Below, one piece after another: positions 45,737 to 46,043 of a DNA stretch of 46,043 nucleotides. Location of the stretch: IMG/VR virus record IMGVR_UViG_3300029841_000003; one strand, given 5' to 3'. The stretch is from a virus (lineage: Duplodnaviria; Heunggongvirae; Uroviricota; Caudoviricetes). Made by a program: the position numbers and the translations under genes. Within the stretch, counting starts at the first letter, position 1; each line of letters begins with the position of its first letter. The notes beneath the pieces are model-generated. The model searched no databases. It saw only the letters and a list, made by a program, of their open reading frames with translations, and had not been told where the DNA came from.

Positions 45737-46043
45737 CGGATTTGTAACTAATAGTAGTTCTTCAAGTTTTATTATTGGCAAAGCAAACGACAACACAGTA
45801 ACTATTGATTCGGTATATCAAGAAATAAAAGAATTTTATAAACAATATTATAAATCTTGTTCTGAGATGTATGATTATGTAGAAAAGAATTATTCGGAAG
45901 TATTATTTGGAATAACTGATATCAACGGAAGAAAAAGCCTTCATTTACAGGAAGGATATAGCTATACTTGTGCAGATAATATTGATAAACAGTTAGAAGC
46001 GATGTTTGGAACCACTTGGTATGATGATTTACCAAGTCCAGAA
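45723..46043 (+). CDS. GFVTNSSSSSF-leader protein 3 (partial, runs off the window; not in ORF track)
   Basis: TTG AAG ATT CGT AAC GGA TTT GTA ACT AAT AGT AGT TCT TCA AGT TTT after GGGGTGA. Open to the window end. Confidence 0.8.
   Translation, partial: MKIRNGFVTNSSSSSFIIGKANDNTVTIDSVYQEIKEFYKQYYKSCSEMYDYVEKNYSEVLFGITDINGRKSLHLQEGYSYTCADNIDKQLEAMFGTTWYDDLPSPE

Larger units (their letters stand above)
1590..46043. mobile_element. SPbeta-like large temperate phage/prophage region (extends beyond both window ends)
   Basis: The order scaffold-portal-terminase...HU-YonK...YonO resembles SPbeta yonD-yonO. Also tRNAs, antirepressors and dense small ORFs. Confidence 0.9.

Noticed and set aside
1..46043. 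Integrase, att sites, major capsid or arbitrium genes
   Set aside because: No recognisable recombinase, capsid or AimR/AimP-like genes in this window. They may lie outside it.

Overview
The window is a 46 kb piece of a large SPbeta-like (YonO-type) temperate phage or prophage. It is AT-rich, with Firmicute sigmaA promoters and Shine-Dalgarno sites; a Lachnospiraceae/Clostridia-like host is inferred. Left end: an IS1182-family element (1-1573) inserted just after a head gene. Minus-strand arm (1590-20323): prohead scaffold/protease, portal, terminase large subunit, a probable small terminase, five tRNAs plus one tRNA-like element, two HU-like proteins, a free-standing GIY-YIG endonuclease, a YonK-like protein, a ClpP-like protease, PIN-PhoH, a YonO-like single-subunit RNA polymerase, and a BRO antirepressor. 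The polymerase gene is split inside its catalytic DxDGD motif by a 993-nt group I intron (15069-16061) carrying an HNH endonuclease. About 1.5 kb of divergent, mostly non-coding control DNA follows. The plus-strand early/accessory arm (21803-46043) has about 60 mostly small genes. Its most striking unexplained signal is about 20 small proteins from several sequence families, many SH3/KOW-like, that end in the same L-x-x-L/M-I-x-x-R helix. The arm also carries a radical SAM/SPASM enzyme with a non-canonical cysteine motif, three proteins starting M-K-[IL]-R-x-G-F-V-T-N-S-S-S-S-S-F, a Zn-finger repeat protein coupled to an M28-like peptidase, and a membrane J-domain-like protein. Family assignments come from motif recognition only; no database search was run.
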